Of a stretch of DNA of 64,000 nt, positions 46,910 through 56,622 are shown in pieces. Origin of the DNA: Eubacteriales bacterium (lineage in GTDB: Bacteria; Bacillota; Clostridia; Oscillospirales; CAG-272); the NCBI GenBank assembly GCA_045636605.1, contig JAZTXV010000027.1, positions 15,065 to 79,064 of the forward strand. Reading direction: 5' to 3'. The notes beneath the pieces are model-generated. The model was not told the origin of the DNA, did no database searches, and saw nothing but the letters and a program-made list of their open reading frames with translations. Both the position numbers and the translations under genes were made by a program. Within the stretch, counting starts at the first letter, position 1. Each line of letters opens with the position of its first letter.

Positions 46910-49495
46910 ATGACGCCGATGATGCTACAATACCTTGAAATAAAAGAGCAGTATAAGGACTTTATACTGTTTTATCGTCTTGGTGATTTTTATGAAATGT
47001 TCTTCGAGGATGCGTTCACCGCATCAAGAGAGCTTGATCTAACCCTTACAGGAAGAGATTGTGGAGAAGCGGAGCGTGCCCCTATGTGCGGCGTTCCGTT
47101 CCACAGCTCCGAGGGATACATAGGTAAGCTTATTTCAAAGGGCTATAAGGTCGCAATTTGCGAGCAAACCGAGGATCCCGCCACCGCAAAGGGACTCGTG
47201 CGCCGAGAGGTAATAAGAGAAATCACCCCCGGCACAGTATTTGAATCCGACCTCATTCCCGCAAACAGAAATAACTATCTTTGCGCCATTTGCATAAAGG
47301 GCGCACGTGTCGGTATGTGCTTTGCCGACGTATCAACAGGAGAAATAAGCGCCACCTCAATCGACAATGAGGGAAGCAAGCTTCTAAATGAGCTCGGCAC
47401 GTACTCTCCTACCGAAATTATAGTAAACGCCACACAGCAGGGCGCACAGTATATCTATGATTTCGCTAAAACAAGGCTCGGTGCGCTTTGCGAATTCCAA
47501 GGAGATAGTGAAATCTTCGACTATCCCAACGCACTGTCAAGAGTGAAGGCTCAATTTGGGGCCGATTTCACCGTAAAATACGAAAATGACGAGCCCATGC
47601 TTTGCGCAATGGGAGCGATACTTGAATACATCTGCATAACTCAAAAGACTCAGGACATAGAGTATATGAATAACCTGAACGTTTACGGAGAGGGACAATA
47701 TCTTGATATGGACCTCAATACAAGACGTAGCCTTGAGCTGTGCGAAACAATGAGAAACAAGGAAAAGAGAGGAAGCCTTTTCGGTGTTCTCGATAAAACA
47801 AAAACCGCAATGGGAGCAAGAATGCTCCGAAGCTTTGTTGAGCATCCGCTTCTTGACGTCAAAAAAATCTCGATGCGTCAGGGCGCAGTTGCGGAGATGG
47901 TCTCCAATTTCGTTTTGAGAGAGGAAATTGCCCATCTTATGATGTCTATTTTAGACCTTGAAAGGCTTATGACCAAGGTCGTTTACGGCTCTGCCTCGGG
48001 AAAGGATTTGCGTGCTATTGCAACGACAATCTCCGTCATTCCCGAAATCAAGGAGCTTTTGTTCTCGGCAAGATCCCCCGAGCTTGTTTACATAAGAGAT
48101 AACCTTGACACCCTCGAGGACATCTTCAAAATGATAGACGATACGCTCGTGGATGCACCACCGTTCTCAATTCGTGAGGGCGGAATGGTAAAGGACGGCG
48201 CAAACGGTGATGTTGATCGTCTGCGTACGGTTATGTCCGGCGGAAAATCCTGGATTTTGAAAATTGAGGAAAGCGAAAGAGAAAAGACAGGCATCAAAAC
48301 CCTTAAAATCGCATACAACCGTGTGTTCGGCTACTATATAGAGGTGACAAAATCGCTTCTTCATATGGTTCCCCCACACTACATAAGAAAGCAAACCTTG
48401 AGCAACTGCGAAAGATATATCACCGAGGACCTCAAGGAGATGGAGGGCACAGTGCTTGGCGCTCAGGACAAGCTCGCTCAGATCGAATACGATATATTTA
48501 TTGCGCTTCGTGACGAGGTTGCCAAAAATCTTAAAAGAATACAAAAAAGCGCAACTCTGCTTGCCCGCCTTGACGCATACACATCACTTGCAGAGGTTGC
48601 AATGAAAAACAACTACGTCTGCCCCGAGGTTGATTACAGTGACGTAATCGACATAAAGGACGGACGTCACCCCGTTGTTGAGCAGTTCGTAAGGGATAGC
48701 TATTTCGTTCCCAACGATACCTTCCTTAACACCACAACCGACCGCTTGGCGCTCATAACAGGACCGAATATGGCGGGTAAATCCACATATATGCGTCAAA
48801 GCGCTCTCATCGTGGTAATGGCGCAAATCGGCTCATTCGTTCCTGCAAAAAGTGCAAGAATAGGAATAGTTGATAAGCTGTTTACCCGTGTTGGTGCATC
48901 GGACGATTTGGCATCGGGACAGTCAACCTTTATGCTTGAAATGACTGAGGTTGCATACATTTTGGAAAACGCCACCAAGCGTAGCTTCATAATCTATGAC
49001 GAAATAGGCAGAGGAACAAGCACCTTTGATGGTATGAGTATGGCAAAGGCTATTGCAGAATATACCGCAAGCAGAAAAATCGGTGCAAAAACGATGTTCG
49101 CAACGCATTATCACGAGCTTACCTCGCTTGAAAACGAAATAGACGGCGTTGTCAACTACAATATTGCCGCAAAGAAGCGTGGAGAGGACATCATATTCCT
49201 TCGCAAGATAGTCAAGGGCCCGACTGACGATAGCTACGGCATTGAGGTTTCAAGGCTCGCTGGTGTGCCAAACGAGGTCGTCAAGCGCGCAAGAGTAATC
49301 CTTAATGAGATTATTGAGGCGGGTGCGCCCGTAAGACACGAGTCATCAAGCAAGGGTGCGCCTACAATGGAAATGTCAATCGAGGACATCGGCATCTATG
49401 AGATTGCCGACAGAGTAAAGAAAATAGATATAAACACTCTTACGCCAATCGAGGCTATGAACTTTATATTCGAGCTTAAAAAGCTCATAAATTAA
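46910..49495 (+). CDS. mutS: DNA mismatch repair protein MutS
   Basis: 861 aa. TPMMLQYLEIK, GPNMAGKST Walker A and DEIGRGTST. Confidence 0.95.
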   Translation: MTPMMLQYLEIKEQYKDFILFYRLGDFYEMFFEDAFTASRELDLTLTGRDCGEAERAPMCGVPFHSSEGYIGKLISKGYKVAICEQTEDPATAKGLVRREVIREITPGTVFESDLIPANRNNYLCAICIKGARVGMCFADVSTGEISATSIDNEGSKLLNELGTYSPTEIIVNATQQGAQYIYDFAKTRLGALCEFQGDSEIFDYPNALSRVKAQFGADFTVKYENDEPMLCAMGAILEYICITQKTQDIEYMNNLNVYGEGQYLDMDLNTRRSLELCETMRNKEKRGSLFGVLDKTKTAMGARMLRSFVEHPLLDVKKISMRQGAVAEMVSNFVLREEIAHLMMSILDLERLMTKVVYGSASGKDLRAIATTISVIPEIKELLFSARSPELVYIRDNLDTLEDIFKMIDDTLVDAPPFSIREGGMVKDGANGDVDRLRTVMSGGKSWILKIEESEREKTGIKTLKIAYNRVFGYYIEVTKSLLHMVPPHYIRKQTLSNCERYITEDLKEMEGTVLGAQDKLAQIEYDIFIALRDEVAKNLKRIQKSATLLARLDAYTSLAEVAMKNNYVCPEVDYSDVIDIKDGRHPVVEQFVRDSYFVPNDTFLNTTTDRLALITGPNMAGKSTYMRQSALIVVMAQIGSFVPAKSARIGIVDKLFTRVGASDDLASGQSTFMLEMTEVAYILENATKRSFIIYDEIGRGTSTFDGMSMAKAIAEYTASRKIGAKTMFATHYHELTSLENEIDGVVNYNIAAKKRGEDIIFLRKIVKGPTDDSYGIEVSRLAGVPNEVVKRARVILNEIIEAGAPVRHESSSKGAPTMEMSIEDIGIYEIADRVKKIDINTLTPIEAMNFIFELKKLIN

Positions 49496-49516
49496 CGAAA
49501 TTGAAGGGAGAGAGCT

Positions 49517-51466
49517 ATGGGAACGATAAACGTGCTCGGCTTTGAGGTTGCAAATTTAATAGCCGCAGGCGAGGTCGTTGACCGCCCCTCGTCTGTTATC
49601 AAGGAGCTTGTTGAAAACTCCATTGACGCAGGCGCTACCTCTCTTACAGTAGAAATCAAAAACGGTGGCAAATCCTTTATGCGTGTAACCGACAACGGAG
49701 GAGGCATAGAATTTGACGAGCTTCCCGTTGCCATTCTTCGCCATGCAACGAGTAAAATCAAAATAGCAGACGACCTTGACAGCATAATGACACTCGGCTT
49801 CAGAGGCGAGGCACTTGCCGCTATTTCATCCGTGTCCAAGCTCAGAATAATGTCAAAAATTCCAAGCGCAGAGCTGGGCGGACTTTTGGAATGTCACGCA
49901 GGTCAGGTTATCAATCATATTCCCACGGGCTGCGCAAACGGAACGACAATCATAGTCGAGGATTTGTTCTACAACGTTCCCGCAAGGAAGAAATTCTTAA
50001 AGGCGGACAAAACGGAAACGGGAACCATTACCGCAATGATAGAGAAGATTGCGCTCTCACGCCCCGATATATCATTTAGATACATCACTGACGGAGAAAC
50101 AAAATTCGTCACGGCGGGAGACTCAAATCTCCTTAACGCAATCTATGCCGTTTTAGGCAGGGATTTTGCAAAGAAGGTAATCAAGGTCGAAAGAAATGAA
50201 AACGGAATAAAAATAAACGGCTATATTTCCACACCCGAGCTTGTCAGGGCAAATAGAAATCTTGAAAGCTTTTATATCAACTCCCGATTTGTGAAAAGCA
50301 AGACAATGGGTGCGGCGCTCGAGCAGGCATATCAGTCCTATATTCCGTCAGACAAGTTCCCCTTCTGCGTTTTAAATATCGAGCTTGATCCCACTCTCGT
50401 TGACGTAAATGTTCATCCCGCAAAGCTTGAGGTTAAATTCTCAAACGAAAGCATAATATTCAGCTCTGTTTACTATGCCGTTCGCTCGGCGTTATCAACG
50501 TCTATTACCAGACCTGAGCTTTATGAGGAAAGCACGGTAGCCGCAGCTCCGTTGCATACCACACCGTTCCCCGTAAATGACAGAAATGCTCCAAGACCGC
50601 AAAGGATAATGTTTGACTCAAGAAGCAACGTGCTTCTGGTTCGTGGAGATTCAACGGGAGGCACCTATATCCCTGATGGCTTTGATAAGCCTATTGGCGA
50701 AATTGTCAAGCCTCATACAGTCGATATCGACGAGCTTGTGCCACCTACTCCGACACGTCAAGGCCCAATGCCCGACATCCCCGCCGAGGAAATAACAACA
50801 CAACCGGCAGACGCTACCGAGCTAAGCTACGGAGAAGCTTCACAGCCAACCGATGCTCCAAGCGAGGCGCCACAAAAAATAATCCCCGATTATAAAATTA
50901 TCGGCGAGGCGTTCAACTCCTATGTGATAGTGGAGCTTGGCGATATAATGTACCTTATCGACAAGCACGCTGCGCACGAAAGAATAATCTTTGAGCAGCT
51001 AAAGAGCAAGCTTACTCTTACAAGCCCGACCTCGCAAATGCTTATGCTTCCGATAGAGGTGCATCTCACCTCGGACGAAATAGGAGCGCTTAGCGAGTTT
51101 GATGCGGAAATCAAATCCGTCGGTTTTTCGGTTGAGGTAAGCGATACAAGCACAAGCATTATCGAAATTCCTGCGGAAATCGAGCCGTCAGGGGCAGCTG
51201 ACGCCCTTTTGGAGCTGCTTTCACGACTTGCTCTCGGAGAGGGAAGCGCTCAGCTAACAAGACAGGAGCGTCTTGAAAAGGCTTTGTATCAGGCATCCTG
51301 TAAGGCGGCAATCAAGGCAGGCAGAATTTACGATATGGCTCACATAAAATGGATATGTGACAGAGTTCTCTCTTTTGATAATATTAAATACTGTCCCCAC
51401 GGAAGACCAATCGCATTTGAGATAACAAAGCACTTTCTTGAAAGGCAATTTGAAAGGATAAAATAA
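49517..51466 (+). CDS. mutL: DNA mismatch repair endonuclease MutL
   Basis: 649 aa. GHKL ATPase motifs (IAAGEVVDRP, ELVENSIDAG, GFRGEAL) and the C-terminal endonuclease motif DKHAAHERIIFE. Confidence 0.95.
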   Translation: MGTINVLGFEVANLIAAGEVVDRPSSVIKELVENSIDAGATSLTVEIKNGGKSFMRVTDNGGGIEFDELPVAILRHATSKIKIADDLDSIMTLGFRGEALAAISSVSKLRIMSKIPSAELGGLLECHAGQVINHIPTGCANGTTIIVEDLFYNVPARKKFLKADKTETGTITAMIEKIALSRPDISFRYITDGETKFVTAGDSNLLNAIYAVLGRDFAKKVIKVERNENGIKINGYISTPELVRANRNLESFYINSRFVKSKTMGAALEQAYQSYIPSDKFPFCVLNIELDPTLVDVNVHPAKLEVKFSNESIIFSSVYYAVRSALSTSITRPELYEESTVAAAPLHTTPFPVNDRNAPRPQRIMFDSRSNVLLVRGDSTGGTYIPDGFDKPIGEIVKPHTVDIDELVPPTPTRQGPMPDIPAEEITTQPADATELSYGEASQPTDAPSEAPQKIIPDYKIIGEAFNSYVIVELGDIMYLIDKHAAHERIIFEQLKSKLTLTSPTSQMLMLPIEVHLTSDEIGALSEFDAEIKSVGFSVEVSDTSTSIIEIPAEIEPSGAADALLELLSRLALGEGSAQLTRQERLEKALYQASCKAAIKAGRIYDMAHIKWICDRVLSFDNIKYCPHGRPIAFEITKHFLERQFERIK

Positions 51467-52602
51467 TGTTTGAAGTTTTAAAAACCGAGGGCAGAGCAAG
51501 ACGTGCCCGTCTTGAAACCGTTCACGGAACGATAGAAACCCCCGTGTTTATGAATGTCGGCACGTGTGCCGCAATAAAGGGCGGCGTTTCCACCGCAGAC
51601 CTAAAGGAAATAAAATGCCAGGTGGAGCTGTCTAACACATATCACTTGCATATTCGTCCGGGCGATAAGCTCATTCATGACCTGGGAGGAATCCATAAAT
51701 TCTTTAATTGGGACCGACCTGTTTTGACCGATAGCGGCGGATTTCAGGTGTTTTCCCTTGCGCAGCTCAGAAAAATCACTGAGGAGGGCGTTAAATTTGC
51801 CTCTCATATAGATGGTAAGCGTATTTTTATGGGCCCCGAGGAGAGTATGCAGATTCAGTCCAATCTTGCATCAACCATCGCTATGGCGTTCGATGAGTGT
51901 ATCGAAAACCCGGCCCCATATGAGTATGTAAAGAATTCGTGCGAGCGTACAACGAGGTGGCTCGTTCGCTGTAAGGCGGAGCTTGAAAGGCTTAATTCCT
52001 TGCCGGACACCATAAATAAGCACCAGATGCTTTTCGGAATAAATCAAGGCGGAACCTATGAGGATTTGCGTATAAAGCATATGCAGGATATTGCCGCCCT
52101 TGACCTTGACGGCTATGCAATAGGCGGACTTGCCGTAGGCGAGTCAACGGAGGATATGTACCGAATTATCGACGTTGTAGAGCCACATATGCCACAAAAC
52201 AAGCCAAGATATCTTATGGGCGTAGGTACTCCCTGCAACATTCTCGAGGCAGTTCATTACGGCATAGATTTCTTTGACTGCGTAATGCCGAGCCGCAACG
52301 CAAGACACGGTAATTTATTCACCTGGAACGGTAAAATGAACATTCTGAATGAAAAATATATGCGTGATGACCGCCCAATAGACACAGGCTGCGGCTGTCC
52401 CGCCTGCCGTGATTATTCAAGAGCCTACATAAGACATCTTATAAAGGCGAAGGAAACTCTCGGTATGCGTCTTTGCGTGCTTCATAATCTTTATTTCTAT
52501 AATGAGCTTATGCAAAAAATCAGAGATGCGCTTGATGCGGGCACCTTCGAGGAGTTTTACCAAAAATACCGTGTGCTCTTGGGTGAAAGAAACCCGGATT
52601 AA
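51466..52602 (+). CDS. tgt: tRNA-guanine(34) transglycosylase (queuine tRNA-ribosyltransferase)
   Basis: 378 aa. TDSGGFQ, the Zn site CGCPAC...H and LMGVGTP. Confidence 0.95.
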   Translation: MFEVLKTEGRARRARLETVHGTIETPVFMNVGTCAAIKGGVSTADLKEIKCQVELSNTYHLHIRPGDKLIHDLGGIHKFFNWDRPVLTDSGGFQVFSLAQLRKITEEGVKFASHIDGKRIFMGPEESMQIQSNLASTIAMAFDECIENPAPYEYVKNSCERTTRWLVRCKAELERLNSLPDTINKHQMLFGINQGGTYEDLRIKHMQDIAALDLDGYAIGGLAVGESTEDMYRIIDVVEPHMPQNKPRYLMGVGTPCNILEAVHYGIDFFDCVMPSRNARHGNLFTWNGKMNILNEKYMRDDRPIDTGCGCPACRDYSRAYIRHLIKAKETLGMRLCVLHNLYFYNELMQKIRDALDAGTFEEFYQKYRVLLGERNPD

Positions 52603-52634
52603 GCGACGCATCACCCACAAAAAAGGAGATTATA

Positions 52635-53471
52635 ATGAAAAACAATGTTTTACTCTTTCCTGAGGGTAAGCCTAAGGCACTCACCTTCAGCTACGATGAC
52701 GGTCCAAAGGAGGACAGAGCCCTTGTTGCTTTGTTCAATAAATACAATCTTAAGGGTACCTTTAATCTTAATTCCCAATGGCTCTTGAACAGAGAAAGCA
52801 ACGGCGAGCAGGCTGTTCGTGCAAGCGAGGTAAAGGAGCTTTACGCAGGTCACGAGGTCGCAGTTCACGGCCTTATGCATCCATTCCTTGAAAGACTCCC
52901 TGTTGATGCTATGATGCACGAGATACTAAAGGACAGAGAAATCCTTGAGGGGCTTACGGGCGATATCGTAAGAGGAATGGCATATCCCTTCGGCACGTAT
53001 AACGATACTGTCGTTCGAGTTGCTCGTGATGCGGGAATAAGATACTCACGCACTACTGCCTCTCACCACAGCTTTAAAATAGACAGAGATTGGCTCAGAA
53101 TGCCGTCAACCTGCCACCACGCAGACGAAAGGCTTTTCGAGCTTGCGGAAAAGTTTGTAAACGGAACCGCAATTTCAAGATGGCTCGATATAGAGGGCTG
53201 GCTATTCTATGTATGGGGACACTCCTACGAGTTCAGAACTCAAGAGGATTGGGACCGTATGGAGCGCTTCTGCGAAGCAGTTGCAAACAGAGATGATGTG
53301 TGGTACGCAACAAATCTTGAAATTTACAACTACATCACTGCCTATGACAGCCTTGAATTTTCTCTCGATATGAAGACCGTGTATAACCCAAGCGCCCTTG
53401 ACGTTTGGTTCAAATACGACGAAAGAGAAATCATCTGTGTTCCGTCGGGCGCAAAGGTACATTTGAAATAA
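52635..53471 (+). CDS. Polysaccharide deacetylase (CE4) family protein
   Basis: 278 aa. TFSYDDG and HGLMH motifs of the NodB fold. Confidence 0.8.
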   Translation: MKNNVLLFPEGKPKALTFSYDDGPKEDRALVALFNKYNLKGTFNLNSQWLLNRESNGEQAVRASEVKELYAGHEVAVHGLMHPFLERLPVDAMMHEILKDREILEGLTGDIVRGMAYPFGTYNDTVVRVARDAGIRYSRTTASHHSFKIDRDWLRMPSTCHHADERLFELAEKFVNGTAISRWLDIEGWLFYVWGHSYEFRTQEDWDRMERFCEAVANRDDVWYATNLEIYNYITAYDSLEFSLDMKTVYNPSALDVWFKYDEREIICVPSGAKVHLK

Positions 53472-53475
53472 AATC

Positions 53476-53506
53476 AAAAAGCTGTTGCAACGCAACAGCT
53501 TTTTTG
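53476..53506. terminator. Bidirectional terminator between convergent genes
   Basis: AAAAAGCTGTTGC-AAC-GCAACAGCTTTTT. Confidence 0.8.
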
Positions 53507-53926
53507 TTATTCATTTACAATTTCGCATCCCAAATAGTCACACAGGTAAGCGCAAAGACGCTTTTTTCTTTTCTTTTTAGTTGAGAACGGAAGTGATTTT
53601 GTGAAAATACAGGCGAGGAAAAGCGGAACACATAGGGCCGTCACCAAAAGACCGAGCAAAATCCATTCATACCACCTCATTTTTGCATCTGAATCGGGCA
53701 AAATTTCACCGTCAAGCTCCACATATCCGTCTTTCTCGACAACGGGAGCCTTAAACCAATAGCCTATGCCGTCCTTACCCTTTTCAACAGCAATTTCAAT
53801 AAATCCGCCACGCAAATAAACCAAAAGCTCAAAGCCACGTGTACGATTTTCCTCATTAAAGCTATCACGTGCCTCCGAATATTTTTTTACAAATTCATCA
53901 ATCGTGCCCTTAAATCTAAATTTCAT
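53507..53926 (-). CDS. Hypothetical protein with one C-terminal TM helix
   Basis: 139 aa from ATG 53924-53926 (MKFRFKGTIDEF). TM segment WILLGLLVTALCVPLFLACIF followed by a basic stretch. No recognisable motif. Confidence 0.5.
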   Translation of the reverse strand: MKFRFKGTIDEFVKKYSEARDSFNEENRTRGFELLVYLRGGFIEIAVEKGKDGIGYWFKAPVVEKDGYVELDGEILPDSDAKMRWYEWILLGLLVTALCVPLFLACIFTKSLPFSTKKKRKKRLCAYLCDYLGCEIVNE

Positions 53927-54088
53927 AATTAAAGCTCCTAAAAGAGAATTACACTCTAAGTATATCATAACCTATCGCAAAATGCAATAAAAAATCAAAT
54001 TGTCCAAAATTTGAATAACATGGGGCAAAAAAGACAAAATGATAATTAAGGAGTGTGGAAAAAAACAAAAAACAAGCGAGGAGAAAAA

Positions 54089-54355
54089 ATGAAAGAATAC
54101 AAATACACGGTTCTTGCCGAAAACGGACTTCACGCAAGACCGGCAGGCGCGCTTGCCACCTGTGCCAGAGCCTTTAAATCAAAAATCATAATTGATGCTC
54201 TCGGCAAGGAGGCGGATGCAAAGCGCCTTTTGTCCGTAATGAGTCTTGGCGCAACTCACGGAACGCCCCTTGTATTTAAAATAGAGGGGGAGGACGAGCA
54301 GGAGGCGTATGAGGCAATAGTTAAATTCTGCGAGGGGATGGTGAATATGAAATGA
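54089..54355 (+). CDS. HPr-family phosphocarrier protein (His15 present, Ser46 replaced by Arg)
   Basis: 88 aa from ATG 54089 (GAGGAG RBS). GLHARPAG active site. The region aligning to KSIMGVMSLG reads KRLLSVMSLG. Confidence 0.85.
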   Translation: MKEYKYTVLAENGLHARPAGALATCARAFKSKIIIDALGKEADAKRLLSVMSLGATHGTPLVFKIEGEDEQEAYEAIVKFCEGMVNMK

Positions 54356-54825
54356 TTTTTTCAAAAAAGCAAGAAAGACTGCTTGCAGTATGTGACGGAG
54401 TAAGCGCACCGATAGCGGAAATCCCCGACGATGCCTTTGCGATGGGGCTTTTGGGCAGAGGCTTCGCTCAGGATCCAGCGGGAGATATCTTCACAAGCCC
54501 AATTACGGGAACTGTTGAAACAGTTGCCAAAACAAAGCACGCATATACCATTCATACAAAAAACGACCTCGATATATTGATTCACATAGGCGTCGATACT
54601 GTCGAGCTTAACGGAGAGGGCTTTGAGCCAATGGTAAAGGAGGGGCAAAGAGTAAAAGCGGGCGACACACTCTGCCGTGCCGATATAGAGCTGATAAGAG
54701 AGCGAGGCTTCAACCCGATAACCGCCGTTCTTATTACAAACCCCGAAAAAATTGAGAATATAGCCTATAAATTCGGAGTGACAAGCGCAGGCAAGGACAC
54801 GCCGATGTATTATAGCACAAAATAA
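54352..54825 (+). CDS. PTS EIIA component, glucose family
   Basis: 157 aa. HIGVDTVELNGEGF signature with the phosphorylatable His. ATGA overlap with the HPr-like gene. Confidence 0.9.
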   Translation: MIFSKKQERLLAVCDGVSAPIAEIPDDAFAMGLLGRGFAQDPAGDIFTSPITGTVETVAKTKHAYTIHTKNDLDILIHIGVDTVELNGEGFEPMVKEGQRVKAGDTLCRADIELIRERGFNPITAVLITNPEKIENIAYKFGVTSAGKDTPMYYSTK

Positions 54826-54870
54826 ATTATCAGGTGATATCACCCGATATAAAATAAGAAAGGAAACAAA

Positions 54871-56505
54871 ATGACAACAACCGAAACCAAAAGACGAGGG
54901 GCAGGCATATTCAGTGTGCTTCAAAGAGTAGGAAGAGCCTTTATGCTTCCGATAGCACTGCTTCCAATAGCAGGACTTCTGCTGGGAATCGGCGCCTCTC
55001 TTACAAATCCCGCAATGCTCGAGGCATATAATTTGACGGGAATAATGGGCGAGGGCACCTTCCTTTACTCGCTTTTCACCCTGCTTGCCTCTGTCGGCAC
55101 AGTAATTTTTGACAACCTGCCATTATTGTTTGCTATGGGCGTAGCGCTCGGTATGGCAGAGAACGAAAAGGCAACAGCAACCCTGTCTGCCGCTATTGCA
55201 TTCTTTGTTATGCACAAAACAATAAATGCCCTGCTCGAAATCACGGGCAAGCTGACCGATGGCTCAATGCAGGAGGGAACGATTGCAAACGTAGTAGGTA
55301 TAAATTCGCTTCAAATGGGAGTGTTCGGAGGAATTATCGTCGGATTGGGAGTGGCATACCTAAACAACCGCTTCTATAAAATTCGACTTCCTAACGTAAT
55401 CTCATTCTTCGGCGGCACACGCTTCGTGCCAATTATATCAACCGCCGTCTATATTCTTGTGGGCGTGCTTATGTTCTTTATTTGGCCGTATATTCAAATG
55501 GGTATTTATGCTCTTGGCGACCTCGTTTTAAAATCAGGCTACGCAGGAACCTTCATTTATGGCTTTATTGAAAGAATTTTAATTCCGTTTGGCCTTCACC
55601 ATGTTTTCTATCTGCCGTTTTGGCAAACAGGACTTGGAGGAAGCGCACTTATTGACGGTGTTATGATTTACGGTGCACAAAACATCTTCTTTGCCGAGCT
55701 TGCATCAAGCGCAACTCAGGCATTCTCCGTATCTGCAACGAGATTTATGAGCGGAAAGTTCCCGCTTATGATTTTTGGCTTGCCTGGTGCGGCTCTTGCT
55801 ATGTACACCTGTGCAGACACCAAAAAGAAAAAGGTAGCAGGAGGCCTTCTTCTGTCTGCGGCTCTTACCTCAATGCTAACAGGAATAACCGAGCCGATAG
55901 AGTTTACCTTCCTGTTTGTCGCTCCGCTCCTTTACGTCATACACTCTCTCTTTGCAGGACTTGCATATATGCTTATGCACTTGCTCGGTGTTGGCGTTGG
56001 AATGACCTTCTCGGGCGGAATTATAGATTTGCTTCTGTTTGGAGTAATTCAAGGAAATTCCAAGACTAATTGGATAATGGTTCCCCTCGTTGGAATAGCA
56101 TATTTTATTATTTATTTCTTTTTGTTCAGATATCTGATATTGAAAAGAAATTATGCAACCCCGGGCAGAGAGATAGGTGACGGCGAGGTCAAGCTTTATA
56201 CAAGAGCCGACTATGACGAAAAACGCAGAGGTGAGGATGAGCCAACAACCGCCGACACATCGGGAGACACCATCAGCGCGCTTATTTTAGAGGGGCTCGG
56301 CGGCAAGGATAATATAGTCAATCTTGACAACTGCGCCACACGACTTCGTGTAAGCGTCAAAAATCCTGAGCTTGTAAATGAGCCTCTGCTAAAGCAAAGC
56401 GGAGCGGCAGGCGTTATAAGGAGAGGTGGCGGAATACAGGTCATTTACGGCCCACAGGTGTCCGTTATCAAAAGCGAGCTTGAGGATTATATGAATTCTC
56501 TTTAG
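54871..56505 (+). CDS. PTS EIICB component, glucose/N-acetylglucosamine/maltose family
   Basis: 544 aa. EIIC domain (RAFMLPIALLPIAGLLLG, GITEPIEF). C-terminal EIIB with NLDNCATRLRV (phospho-Cys). Confidence 0.9.
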   Translation: MTTTETKRRGAGIFSVLQRVGRAFMLPIALLPIAGLLLGIGASLTNPAMLEAYNLTGIMGEGTFLYSLFTLLASVGTVIFDNLPLLFAMGVALGMAENEKATATLSAAIAFFVMHKTINALLEITGKLTDGSMQEGTIANVVGINSLQMGVFGGIIVGLGVAYLNNRFYKIRLPNVISFFGGTRFVPIISTAVYILVGVLMFFIWPYIQMGIYALGDLVLKSGYAGTFIYGFIERILIPFGLHHVFYLPFWQTGLGGSALIDGVMIYGAQNIFFAELASSATQAFSVSATRFMSGKFPLMIFGLPGAALAMYTCADTKKKKVAGGLLLSAALTSMLTGITEPIEFTFLFVAPLLYVIHSLFAGLAYMLMHLLGVGVGMTFSGGIIDLLLFGVIQGNSKTNWIMVPLVGIAYFIIYFFLFRYLILKRNYATPGREIGDGEVKLYTRADYDEKRRGEDEPTTADTSGDTISALILEGLGGKDNIVNLDNCATRLRVSVKNPELVNEPLLKQSGAAGVIRRGGGIQVIYGPQVSVIKSELEDYMNSL

Positions 56506-56512
56506 AAAATAT

Positions 56513-56546
56513 AAAAATTGCGTTGCAAGAGCAACGCAATTTTTTG
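56513..56546 (+). terminator. Rho-independent terminator after the PTS genes
   Basis: AAAAATTGCGTTGC-AAGA-GCAACGCAATTTTT. Confidence 0.85.
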
Positions 56547-56552
56547 TAGTTA

Positions 56553-56581
56553 TTGACTTTTATGCAGTAAAATTGTATAAT
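56553..56581 (+). promoter_or_regulatory. Sigma-A-type promoter for the G1PDH-GDPD-HAD-GH2-GH operon
   Basis: TTGACT-17 nt-TATAAT with TTG/TG upstream of the -10. Confidence 0.55.
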
Positions 56582-56622
56582 AAAGCTATAGTATTAAAAT
56601 TCAAGAATAGGACGGATTTGAA

